Assembly: GCA_035300745.1 (NCBI GenBank)
Contig: DATGVC010000255.1
Coordinates: 1 to 33,422 of the forward strand
DNA length: 33,422 nucleotides
Direction: 5' to 3'
From: Gemmatimonadales bacterium
GTDB taxonomy: Bacteria; Gemmatimonadota; Gemmatimonadetes; Gemmatimonadales; GWC2-71-9
The position numbers and the translations under genes were made by a program. Positions within the stretch are counted from its first letter, which is position 1, and every line of letters starts with the position of its first letter. Under the pieces are notes generated by a model. The model worked only from the letters and a program-made list of their open reading frames with translations. It was not told the origin of the DNA and did not search any database. Positions 7,296-17,310 of the stretch are shown piece after piece.

Positions 7296-7840
7296 TTACA
7301 GTTCACCCGCCGGCTCCGGCGTAACCTCCTTGAGATATCCGGTTTGTCCTTTGCGTGATTTCTTCCACTTCGAGAGCAGCAGACCCCGCTTCACCGCGCT
7401 GAGGTGGTCGAGAAACAAGACGCCGTCGAGATGATCGATCTCGTGCTGAATGGCGCGCGCCTTGTAACCGTGCGCTTGGACGCGGGAACGCCGGCCTTCC
7501 TGATCGAGCGCCTCCACTACGACGCGGGCGGGGCGCGTGACGTCGCCGAAGATGTCGGGAATCGACAGACACCCCTCCTCGGCCGTTTCCTCCTCGTCGC
7601 CACGCTCGACGATGACCGGATTGATGAGCACGAGCGGCGGTGGATCCTCCGCGCCGATGTCCACGACCGCGACGCGGCGGGCGACGCCGAGCTGATTGGC
7701 CGCGAGGCCCACGCCCTTCGCGGCGCGCATCGTCTCGAAAAGATCGTCAACGAGCCGGCGCACGGCGTCATCCACCTGCGCGACCGGGGCCGCTTTTTGC
7801 CGCAGGACCGGTGAGCCGAGCAGATGCAGCTGGTGAACCG

Positions 7841-7844
<4 letters not shown>
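7296..7844 (-). CDS. def: peptide deformylase
   Basis: 182 aa with the three Def motifs: GVGLAANQ, EGCLSIP, HEIDHLDG. GTGA overlap with the yajC stop. Confidence 0.95.
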
Positions 7845-10339
<2,495 letters not shown>

Positions 10340-10340
<1 letters not shown>

Positions 10341-11371
10341 TAGCCGTCGAAGATGCTGGCCTGCTCCGTCGATTTTGGAGGGACGAATCCGAAGTGCCGG
10401 TACGCCGCCGGAGTCGCGACACGACCTCGCGGCGTGCGCGCGAGAAAGCCTTGCTGCATCAGGAACGGCTCGTACACCTCCTCGAGCGTCCCGGGATCTT
10501 CGCCGACCGCCGCGGCGACGGTCTGCACCCCGACGGGGCCACCCTCGAACATTTCGATGATGGCTTTGAGGATGCGCGCGTCCATGTCGTCGAGCCCAAA
10601 CTCATCGACGTCGAGCCGCTTGAGGGCCTCGACCGCGACCCCCGCGGTGATCTTGCCTCCGGCGCGCACCTGCGCGTAGTCGCGTACGCGCTTCAAGAGG
10701 CGGTTGGCGACACGCGGGGTACCGCGGCTGCGGCGCGCGATCTCGACGACACCGGCCGCGTCCGCGGCCACGCCCAGGATGCCGGCCGAGCGAGTGATGA
10801 TCTGGACGAGATCGTCGGGCGGATAGTAGTGCAGTCGCTCGACCAGTCCGAAGCGCGCGCGCAGCGGCGGAGTCAGCAGGCCAAACCGCGTCGTGGCGCC
10901 GATCAGTGTGAAGCGCTCGAGCTGCATCGGAATCGTCTGGGCGTGTGGGCCGTCGGCGATGCGCACGTCCACGCGGAACTCCTCCATCGCCGGGTAGAGG
11001 AACTCCTCGAGCGCGGGCCGCAGGCGGTGCACTTCATCTATAAAGAGGATGTCGCCCGCCTTGAGGGACGTGAGCATCCCGACCAGGTCGCCGGGACGCT
11101 CGAGCACGGGGCCGGACGTGGTGCGGATGTCCACGCCCAGCTCCTTCGCCATCAGCAGCGCCAGGGTCGTCTTGCCGAGCCCCGGCGGTCCGAAGAAGAG
11201 GGCGTGATCGAGCGGCTCCTTGCGCTGCTTGGCCGCATCGATGGCGATTTGGAGTGACTCTTTGACCTTAGCCTGCCCGACGAATTCGTCGAGCCGCGAC
11301 GGACGCAGCGCGGCGTCGGTGAGCCGCTCGCTGTCGAGCGCTTCAGGCGTCGTTATTTCCGAGCGAGCCAT
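10340..11371 (-). CDS. ruvB: Holliday junction branch-migration helicase RuvB
   Basis: 343 aa: [12 protein letters not shown], Walker [10 protein letters not shown], Walker [24 protein letters not shown]. Confidence 0.95.
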
Positions 11372-11565
11372 GAGTCGGAGCTTCTAGACCTGGCCAGCGC
11401 GCGCCACCGCACCGGACGACTGTCGGCCTCGATCACGTGGCGCGTGTGGCACTGCAGACACTCGTCCTCGGCGCGTGTGACGCCCGCGGGCACGAGTCGC
11501 CGGTTGGTCGATCCGCAGCGCGTGCAGATCCATTCCGCGGTAACCTCGGCGGGGAAGGAGGTCAT
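11353..11565 (-). CDS. small zinc-ribbon protein (hypothetical) between ruvA and ruvB
   Basis: 70 aa with a CxxC-x18-CxxC pattern (CTRCGSTN...CLQCHTRH). Its ATG forms an ATGA overlap with the ruvA stop, and its 3' end overlaps the ruvB start by 19 nt. It fills what would otherwise be a 190-nt gap in an operon with almost no spacers. No homolog recognised by eye. Confidence 0.55.
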   Translation of the reverse strand: MTSFPAEVTAEWICTRCGSTNRRLVPAGVTRAEDECLQCHTRHVIEADSRPVRWRALARSRSSDSWLARK

Positions 11566-12164
11566 CGGGTCGTGAGAATCTGCAGCGCTCGCCGCACCAG
11601 GGCCTCGGTTTCACCACTCGCCTCGCTGCCGTTTCCTGAAAGCGCCTGTCTGACCGCGCGGTCCGCTTCGGCCGTTGCGTAACCGAGCCGCTCCAGCGCC
11701 TTGAGCGCGGCCTCCGCGCCAGCGGGGGGGGGGACGTCGATGGCAGGTGTTTCGGTGAACTCCTCGACCTTTTCGCCGAGCTCGAGCGCGAGGCGCTCCG
11801 CGGTCTTGCGGCCGATCCCGCTCACGGAGGACAGCAACCCGATGTTCTTCTCACGCAGCGCCCGCGCTCCACGCTCCACGCCGAGCGCCGACAGCAGCGC
11901 GATTCCGATCTTCGGTCCGACGCCGCTCACGGTCGTGAGTCGCTGAAAAAAGCGGCGCTCCACCTCGTCGAGGAATCCGTACAGGGCCCAGCCGTCCTCG
12001 CGCACGACGAGCTCGGTCGCCAGCGTGATTTCCGCACCGGGCGATGGCAAACGCTCCATCACGCCGAGCGGTACGACGACTTCATAGCCGACACCGCCCG
12101 GCGTCTCGACGACGACTCGGTCGGCCGACTTAGCCGCCAACCTGCCACGCACATGAGCAATCAT
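11562..12164 (-). CDS. ruvA: Holliday junction DNA-binding protein RuvA
   Basis: 200 aa: MIAHVRGRL......VVVE..GVGYEV..P...........L......VRED...LYGF....ER..F..L..VSGVGPK.A...LS, plus the C-terminal domain III. Confidence 0.93.
   Translation of the reverse strand: MIAHVRGRLAAKSADRVVVETPGGVGYEVVVPLGVMERLPSPGAEITLATELVVREDGWALYGFLDEVERRFFQRLTTVSGVGPKIGIALLSALGVERGARALREKNIGLLSSVSGIGRKTAERLALELGEKVEEFTETPAIDVPPPAGAEAALKALERLGYATAEADRAVRQALSGNGSEASGETEALVRRALQILTTR
11724..11733. repeat. G10 homopolymer (C10 on the coding strand) inside ruvA
   Basis: agcGGGGGGGGGGacg. The coding strand reads GTC CCC CCC CCC GCT, which is V-P-P-P-A in the domain II-III linker. Confidence 0.9.
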
Positions 12165-12637
12165 GAGCGAAGGATATACGTCAGCGCTGCCGCAACGCCG
12201 TCAGCGGCATCGGTTGGCTGAGGAGCGCTCTTCAAGTGCAGTAGCTGCGCGACCATCGCGCCCACCTGACTCTTCTTTGCGCCGCCGGCGCCAACGACTG
12301 TCTTCTTGATCATGGCCGGCGCGTACTGGGCGATTTCGAGACCCTCTTGCTCCGCTGCCAGCAAGATGACTCCTCGGGCATGACCAAGCACGAGCGTCGT
12401 GCGCACGTTCTTATGATAGAAGGCGTCCTCCAGGGCGAGCACGGCGGGCTGGTGGCGCCGGATGAGCTGCGCGATTTCGTGGTGAAGCTCTGCAAGGCGG
12501 TGAGGAAGTGAATTGTTACGTCCAAACCGGAAAACCCCGCACTCGACAAGTCGCCCCATCCCGGGAGTTCCGTTCCCCGTTTCGATCACGCCGTAGCCGG
12601 TGATCGCGGTGCCGGGGTCGACGCCCAGGACCCTCAC
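12161..12637 (-). CDS. ruvC: crossover junction endodeoxyribonuclease RuvC
   Basis: 158 aa: MRVLGVDPGTAITGYGVIE...LALEDAFY.KN......LGHARGV...K.VVG.G.A.K.QV..MV..LL. ATGA overlap with the ruvA start. Confidence 0.93.
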   Translation of the reverse strand: MRVLGVDPGTAITGYGVIETGNGTPGMGRLVECGVFRFGRNNSLPHRLAELHHEIAQLIRRHQPAVLALEDAFYHKNVRTTLVLGHARGVILLAAEQEGLEIAQYAPAMIKKTVVGAGGAKKSQVGAMVAQLLHLKSAPQPTDAADGVAAALTYILRS

Positions 12638-12638
12638 G

Positions 12639-13385
12639 TCATCCCGTCACCGCCGCCATCGCCTCGGCGTCGATGTCGAAGTTGGAAAAGACCTTCGCGA
12701 CGTCGTCCATCTCCTCGAGGCCCTCGACGAGCTGCAGCAGCCGCTTGGCATCGCTGCCCTCGACCTTCACGGTGTTCTTGGGAACCATCGCAATCTCGGC
12801 ACTCTGCACCGGCAGCTTCTTACTCCTCAGGGCCTGGTCGATCGCGTGGAGCTGCGCGGGCGGCGTCGTGATCAGATAGATGTCGCCCTCTTTCTCCATG
12901 TCTTCCGCGCCGGCGTCGAGCGCCGCTTCCATCGTGGCGTCCTCGTTTGCCTTTGCGTCGATCACGATCTGACCTTTGCGGTCGAACATCCAGGCGACGG
13001 CATTGGTCGCGGCCAGGTTCGCGCCATGGCGCGTGAAAACGTTGCGGATCTCGGCGACAGTGCGGTTGGGGTTGTCGGTCGTCGCTTGAATCAGGAGCGC
13101 CGCACCGCCCGGACCATATCCCTCGTAGGTGACCTCTTCGTAAGTCACGCCCTCGAGCTCGCCGGTCCCTTTCTTGATCGCGCGGTCGATGTTGTCGGCC
13201 GGCATATTCTCGGCCTTGGCGGCGTCGATGGCGGTCCGCAGGCGCGCATTGTGGCCGGGGTCGCCGCCGCCCTGCTTCGCGGCGATCGTGATTTCGCGAA
13301 TCAGACGCGTGAACACGGCACCGCGCTTCTGATCGGTGACCGCCTTCTTCCGCTTGATCTGTTTCCATTTGCTGTGACCAGCCAT
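12639..13385 (-). CDS. yebC: YebC/PmpR (TACO1) family transcriptional/translational regulator
   Basis: Internal ATG 13385-13383 of track ORF 12639..13535 gives MAGHSKWKQIKRKKAVTDQKRGAVFTRLIREI..AAK.GGGDP..N.RLR.AI..AK..NMP.D.I.RAI.K. The track's upstream extension is just translation of the heptamer repeat spacer. yebC-ruvC adjacency is classical. Confidence 0.9.
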   Translation of the reverse strand: MAGHSKWKQIKRKKAVTDQKRGAVFTRLIREITIAAKQGGGDPGHNARLRTAIDAAKAENMPADNIDRAIKKGTGELEGVTYEEVTYEGYGPGGAALLIQATTDNPNRTVAEIRNVFTRHGANLAATNAVAWMFDRKGQIVIDAKANEDATMEAALDAGAEDMEKEGDIYLITTPPAQLHAIDQALRSKKLPVQSAEIAMVPKNTVKVEGSDAKRLLQLVEGLEEMDDVAKVFSNFDIDAEAMAAVTG

Positions 13386-13390
13386 GTCTC

Positions 13391-13432
13391 TGCTCCCTGC
13401 TCCCTGCTCCCTGCTCTCTGCTCCCCGCTCCC
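13391..13432. repeat. tandem heptamer array TGCTCCC x3, TGCTCTC, TGCTCCC, CGCTCCC (x6) filling the spacer upstream of yebC
   Basis: Read directly. On the mRNA strand it is GGGAGCG GGGAGCA GAGAGCA GGGAGCA GGGAGCA GGGAGCA followed by GAGAC-ATG. Confidence 0.9.
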
Positions 13433-13440
13433 AAGTTACA

Positions 13441-14319
13441 TCATCGATCCGGGTCGAGCATGTCCTCGAAGCGCATCCAGCGCCGATAGAAGTAGAGATC
13501 TGCGAATCCGGTCGGCCCGTTGCGGTTCTTGGCAACGATCAGCTCGGTCGCGCCATCCACGCCCCCGCCCGGGTTGTACATCTCCTCGCGAAAAATCGAG
13601 AGGATGACGTCGGCATGCTGCTTCGGTGCGCCCATGACGCCGAAGTCGTCGAGCGTAGGGCGCTTCGCGTCCCGGCCAGTCTGAAAACCCGGGAGCTGCG
13701 CAACGACGAGCAGCGCCACCTGACGCGCCAGTGCGAGTGCCTTGAGGTGCCGGAGCACCAGCGCCGTGTCCTCGTCTTGCGTCGTGCGCGCCTTCGGCGG
13801 CGGCACGAGCTGCAGGTAATCCACGATGACCAGCCCGATTTGGCGCAGCGGATCGAGCCGCTCGAAGACCGTCTCGAAGTCTTCGCCGGCCAGCGGCAAT
13901 AGGGACAGGGGCAGGCCGCGCAGCCGCACCGCGGCGGCGCCCACACCGGCGCGCGTCTGGTCGCTCAGCTTCGCGGAGCGCAGCTCGTCGACGGCGACCT
14001 TGCCTTCAATCGCCAGGGCGCGTTCCATCAGCCGCTCTTCATTCATCTCGCCGGAGAGGTACGCCACGCCCACGGACTGCTGCGCCACGCGCAGCGCGAT
14101 GCCGAGCGCGAGCGCCGACTTGCCGCTGCCGATGTCGCCGCCCAGGAGAATGAGATCGCGCCGCCGCAGGCCGCCGCCCAGCAGCTTGTCGAGCGAGCCA
14201 AAGCCGGTGGGAATCGTGTCACCCGTGATCTCGCCGGGGCGTTGCGCATCGACGCGCTCGACGAGGTTGTCGAGGGACGGGTGTTTTTCGAAGCGTCGCG
14301 CTGGAGAGGGAGGGGGCAT
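13441..14319 (-). CDS. DnaB-helicase C-terminal (RecA-fold) domain protein lacking the DnaB N-terminal domain
   Basis: 292 aa: IPTGFGSLDKLLGGGLRRRDLILLGG, Walker A GDIGSGKS, Walker B LVIVDYLQL, DnaB-type AKNRNGPTG near the C-terminus. Only ~35 residues precede the ATPase core. Confidence 0.8.
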   Translation of the reverse strand: MPPPSPARRFEKHPSLDNLVERVDAQRPGEITGDTIPTGFGSLDKLLGGGLRRRDLILLGGDIGSGKSALALGIALRVAQQSVGVAYLSGEMNEERLMERALAIEGKVAVDELRSAKLSDQTRAGVGAAAVRLRGLPLSLLPLAGEDFETVFERLDPLRQIGLVIVDYLQLVPPPKARTTQDEDTALVLRHLKALALARQVALLVVAQLPGFQTGRDAKRPTLDDFGVMGAPKQHADVILSIFREEMYNPGGGVDGATELIVAKNRNGPTGFADLYFYRRWMRFEDMLDPDR

Positions 14320-14322
14320 CGT

Positions 14323-14688
14323 CTATAGATGCAATCTGGCGCCACGCGCGGCAACGGTGACGGCGTCGGCGGCCGCAACCCCCAGCACATCCCGCGCCGG
14401 TGCGGTGAGCTGGCTGAGCACGAGGGCGGCGGCGTTGGGTGTCGCGGTTTCGAGATGTTGCCGTGCCGCGGCGAGCGCGCGCTTGAGAGGTGCGGGCAGC
14501 GCCAGGCTGCCGATCCGGGTTTCGAGCGCCTGGAGGCGGCGGCGGTGATTCTTCGCGCTGACCGGCGCCGGCGGCAGCAGCGCCTCCGCTGCCCGGACGA
14601 CGAGCCACAGCGCGAACAGGCCTTCGCGCTGTGGGCCGCGCGCCGATTCCGCGATGAGCGTGACGAGGCGATCTTCCGCCGTACTCAC
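14323..14688 (-). CDS. hypothetical Ala/Leu-rich protein (121 aa)
   Basis: C-terminal part of track ORF 14323..15846. GTG 14688-14686 forms a GTGA overlap with the GT9 stop, and the ORF's stop lies 3 nt before the DnaB-like ATG. It fills an otherwise empty 365-nt stretch of a gapless operon. No recognisable motif. Confidence 0.5.
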   Translation of the reverse strand: MSTAEDRLVTLIAESARGPQREGLFALWLVVRAAEALLPPAPVSAKNHRRRLQALETRIGSLALPAPLKRALAAARQHLETATPNAAALVLSQLTAPARDVLGVAAADAVTVAARGARLHL

Positions 14689-15680
14689 GCAACGAGTCGC
14701 TGCACGGCGGCAGCCACCTGATCGGGGAAGACTTCCTCGAGACAGCGATGGTGACCGAGCGGACAGCGTTCCGTCCCCATGGCGGAGCAGGGACGACAGC
14801 CGAGATCGCGCTCGACCACCTCCGCGTGGCTGGCATACGGAAAGAAGCCGAACAGCTCGACTGTTGGTCCGAACAGCGCGACGACCCGCGTGCCGACGCC
14901 CGTTGCCATATGCATCACGCCCGTGTCGCCCGAGACGAGCACGGCGGCGCGGGCGAGACACGCACCCGTTTCCTGCAGCGTGAACTCTCCGGCCGCGTTG
15001 TGAACGCCAGGGGGGGGACCCAACTCGCTGGCCAGCTCGCGGTCCGCTGCGCCACCGAGCGCGACAAGCCCGTACCCCATCGCCTTCAACTGCTCCGCCA
15101 GCGCGCGCCAATGCCGGATCGGCCAGCGCTTGGTCGCGTGCGCCGCGCCCGGCGCGAGCGCCGCGAAGGGCTGCCGGTCCAGGGCGCGCTCGGCGAGCCA
15201 GCGCGCGATCCGCTCCCGTGCCGCGGCCGCCAGAAAGAACTCGGGCGGACTGCCGTCGGGATGCACGTCGAGCGCGCGCGCCGCCTCGAAGTAGCGCTCC
15301 GGAACGGGCACGTGCTTTCCGTAGATGTTGATCTTCGCCGAGATCAGGAGGGTCCGCGCGAGCTTGCGTTTCGAGTACCCGGACCACTGGCAGGGGACGA
15401 GCAGGCGCAGCGCCGCACTGCGCAGGCTGCCGTGCAGATCGAGCCCGTGCGTCGGCCGGAGCGCCCGCAGCCGTCTCGCGAGGTCGGTGATCCCCTCGTC
15501 TGGCTCGAGCTCGACGATTCGGGTGAGATGGGGATTCTCGACGACCAGCGGCGCCATCGCGCGCTTGGTGACGAAATACAGCTCGGCGTCGGGATGGCGC
15601 CGGTGCAATGCGCGCACGAGGGGAGTGGTGAGGAGAACGTCGCCGATGGAGCTGAACCGGACGCACAGGATGCGCAACAC
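14685..15680 (-). CDS. glycosyltransferase family 9 (ADP-heptose:LPS heptosyltransferase-like)
   Basis: 331 aa: MLRILCVRFSSIGDVLLTTPLVRALHRRHPDAELYFVT, GA.HATKRWP, SGDTGVMH.A.A.G. It is the first gene of the long minus-strand gene string. Confidence 0.88.
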   Translation of the reverse strand: MLRILCVRFSSIGDVLLTTPLVRALHRRHPDAELYFVTKRAMAPLVVENPHLTRIVELEPDEGITDLARRLRALRPTHGLDLHGSLRSAALRLLVPCQWSGYSKRKLARTLLISAKINIYGKHVPVPERYFEAARALDVHPDGSPPEFFLAAAARERIARWLAERALDRQPFAALAPGAAHATKRWPIRHWRALAEQLKAMGYGLVALGGAADRELASELGPPPGVHNAAGEFTLQETGACLARAAVLVSGDTGVMHMATGVGTRVVALFGPTVELFGFFPYASHAEVVERDLGCRPCSAMGTERCPLGHHRCLEEVFPDQVAAAVQRLVA

Positions 15681-15686
15681 GCGGCC

Positions 15687-15692
15687 AATGTA
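15687..15692 (-). promoter_or_regulatory. candidate -10 box TACATT, 6 nt upstream of the GTG of the GT9 gene (first gene of the 22-gene string)
   Basis: Minus strand reads ...GCGCGAC TACATT GGCCGC GTG. The -35 is weak (TGGCGA-like). Confidence 0.3.
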
Positions 15693-15700
15693 GTCGCGCG

Positions 15701-15729
15701 TTGCCCGGCTTCGCCAGCGGGACTAGTTT
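15701..15729 (+). promoter_or_regulatory. candidate sigma70-type promoter TTGCCC-N17-TAGTTT, ending 9 nt before the ATG of the response-regulator/PglZ gene
   Basis: Hexamers and spacing were read from the sequence. No Shine-Dalgarno motif fits in the 9 nt. Implies a leaderless or near-leaderless mRNA. Confidence 0.4.
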
Positions 15730-15738
15730 GTCTTCACG

Positions 15739-17310
15739 ATGCCGCGTCCGAAGAGCATTCTCTGGATTGACGACGAAGTCGATGGCCTCGCCGCGCACCG
15801 CCGCTTTCTCGAGCAGCAGGGATTCGCGGTGGCGCAGGCGGCGCACGGCGACGACGCCCTCGCGATGCTGCGGCGCCAGCCCTACAGCGTCGTGTTACTG
15901 GACGAGCAGATGCCCGGCCGCCGCGGCCTCGACCTGTTGCCCGAGATCCGCGCCATCGATCCCGCCATGGCCGTGGTGATGGTGACGCAGAGTGAAGACG
16001 ACGCCCTGTTGCGCGACGCGATCGGCATCGAGATCGACGACTACCTCGTGAAGCCGGTGCATCCGCGCCAGGTGCTCTCGGTCGTCACGCGACTGCTCGA
16101 AGGCGATCGCATCCGCCAGCAGCGGTTGGCGCGCGACTTCGTCACGCGCTTCCGCGCGCTGGAGGGCCGCCGCGGCGGGACGCTCGCCTGGCGTGAATGG
16201 AGTGAGCTGGTCGCCGAGCTGGCGCGCTGGGAGGTGCGGCTCGCCGCGGCCGACGAGCCGGGACTGTCCGAAGCCCTGCGCGCGCTGCAGGAGAGCCTGC
16301 GCAAGGACTTCCAGGGATTCATCACCAAGCATTATCCGCGCTGGCTTGCCGATCCGGAGCGCGACCGGCCGCCACTCTCCGTTGACGTCGGCGCCGAGTT
16401 CCTGGTGCCCGCGCTGAAGCGCACGGGGCGCGTCGTCTTCATCCTGATCGATTGCCTGCGGCTCGATCAATGGGAAGTGCTGCGCGATCTCATCACACCG
16501 CTGTTCGACGTCGAAGAGTCGCACTACTACAGTATCCTGCCGACGGCGACGCCGTTTTCGCGTAACGCGATATTCAGCGGCCTGTTTCCGATGGAGATCG
16601 CCGCGCGCCACCCGGAATGGTGGGGTGCGCCGACCGACGAAGAGAGTCTCAACGCCCACGAGCCCGAGCTGCTGGCCGAACAGCTGCGCGAGCTGGTGGG
16701 CGAAGAAGTGCCGGTGCGTTACGAGAAGCTGTTCACCGCCGCCGACGGCGCGGACCTGCTACGCCGTCTCCCCGCCCATCTCGCCCAGCCCGGCGTCACG
16801 GCGCTGGTCTTCAACTTCATCGATCAGCTGACCCACGGTCGCTCGGAGAACGCGATCCTCTACGAGGTCGCGCGCGACGCCGACGCGCTACGGGGTCTGA
16901 CACAGACGTGGTTCGAGCGTTCGCCCGTGCTCGCCGCGCTGCAGGAGGCGGAGCGCCGCAACGTGCCGGTCCTGCTGACGACCGATCACGGCTCGATTCA
17001 CTGCAGCACGCCGGCGACGGTGTTCGCCAAGCGCGACGCGACCGCCAACCTGCGCTACAAGTTCGGCGAGGACCTGCGCGCCGAAGATCCCGAAGCTGCC
17101 ATCATGGTCGAAGACCTGAAGGCATACGGCCTGCCGGCGAAGGGCCTCGGCGTGCGGTTGCTGCTCGCGACGGGCGACCGCTTCTTCGTGTATCCCACGA
17201 AGCTGCGCGAGTACCAGGCCCGCTATCGCGGCGCGTTTCTGCACGGCGGCGCGACGCCCGAAGAGATGATCCTCCCCGTCGCGCTGCTCACGCCGCGCCG
17301 CTCGCGATAA
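15739..17310 (+). CDS. response-regulator receiver domain fused to a PglZ (alkaline-phosphatase superfamily) domain; PorX-like
   Basis: 523 aa. The receiver has ILWIDDEVD, the phospho-acceptor in VVLLDEQMPG, and YLVKP. The PglZ-type C-terminal domain has VFILIDCLRLDQW, SILPTATPFSRNAIFSG, FNFIDQLTH and LTTDHGS. Confidence 0.85.
   Translation: MPRPKSILWIDDEVDGLAAHRRFLEQQGFAVAQAAHGDDALAMLRRQPYSVVLLDEQMPGRRGLDLLPEIRAIDPAMAVVMVTQSEDDALLRDAIGIEIDDYLVKPVHPRQVLSVVTRLLEGDRIRQQRLARDFVTRFRALEGRRGGTLAWREWSELVAELARWEVRLAAADEPGLSEALRALQESLRKDFQGFITKHYPRWLADPERDRPPLSVDVGAEFLVPALKRTGRVVFILIDCLRLDQWEVLRDLITPLFDVEESHYYSILPTATPFSRNAIFSGLFPMEIAARHPEWWGAPTDEESLNAHEPELLAEQLRELVGEEVPVRYEKLFTAADGADLLRRLPAHLAQPGVTALVFNFIDQLTHGRSENAILYEVARDADALRGLTQTWFERSPVLAALQEAERRNVPVLLTTDHGSIHCSTPATVFAKRDATANLRYKFGEDLRAEDPEAAIMVEDLKAYGLPAKGLGVRLLLATGDRFFVYPTKLREYQARYRGAFLHGGATPEEMILPVALLTPRRSR

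Noticed and set aside
13391-13432. Could the short tandem arrays (this one and those at 4076, 4322, 5505, 6143, 8755 and 32434) be CRISPR or a degenerate CRISPR?
   Set aside because: The periods are 7-8 nt with no spacers and there are no cas genes. The arrays are 24-42 nt long and mostly inside conserved genes.
14322-14329. AT-rich 8-bp palindrome TCTATAGA at the junction of the hypothetical gene and the DnaB-like gene
   Set aside because: It contains the TAG stop of the upstream ORF and is too short to distinguish from chance. No flanking symmetry.
14689-15846. Long track ORF 14323..15846 (507 aa) overlapping the GT9 gene
   Set aside because: Only its last 121 codons lie outside the GT9 coding frame. 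The rest is an Arg-rich shadow of the clearly recognisable heptosyltransferase.
15739-17310. PglZ domain as a marker of a BREX phage-defence locus
   Set aside because: There is no pglX methyltransferase, brxA/B/C/L or other BREX gene. The receiver-domain fusion and the LPS/glycosyltransferase neighbours fit the PorX-type regulator class instead.
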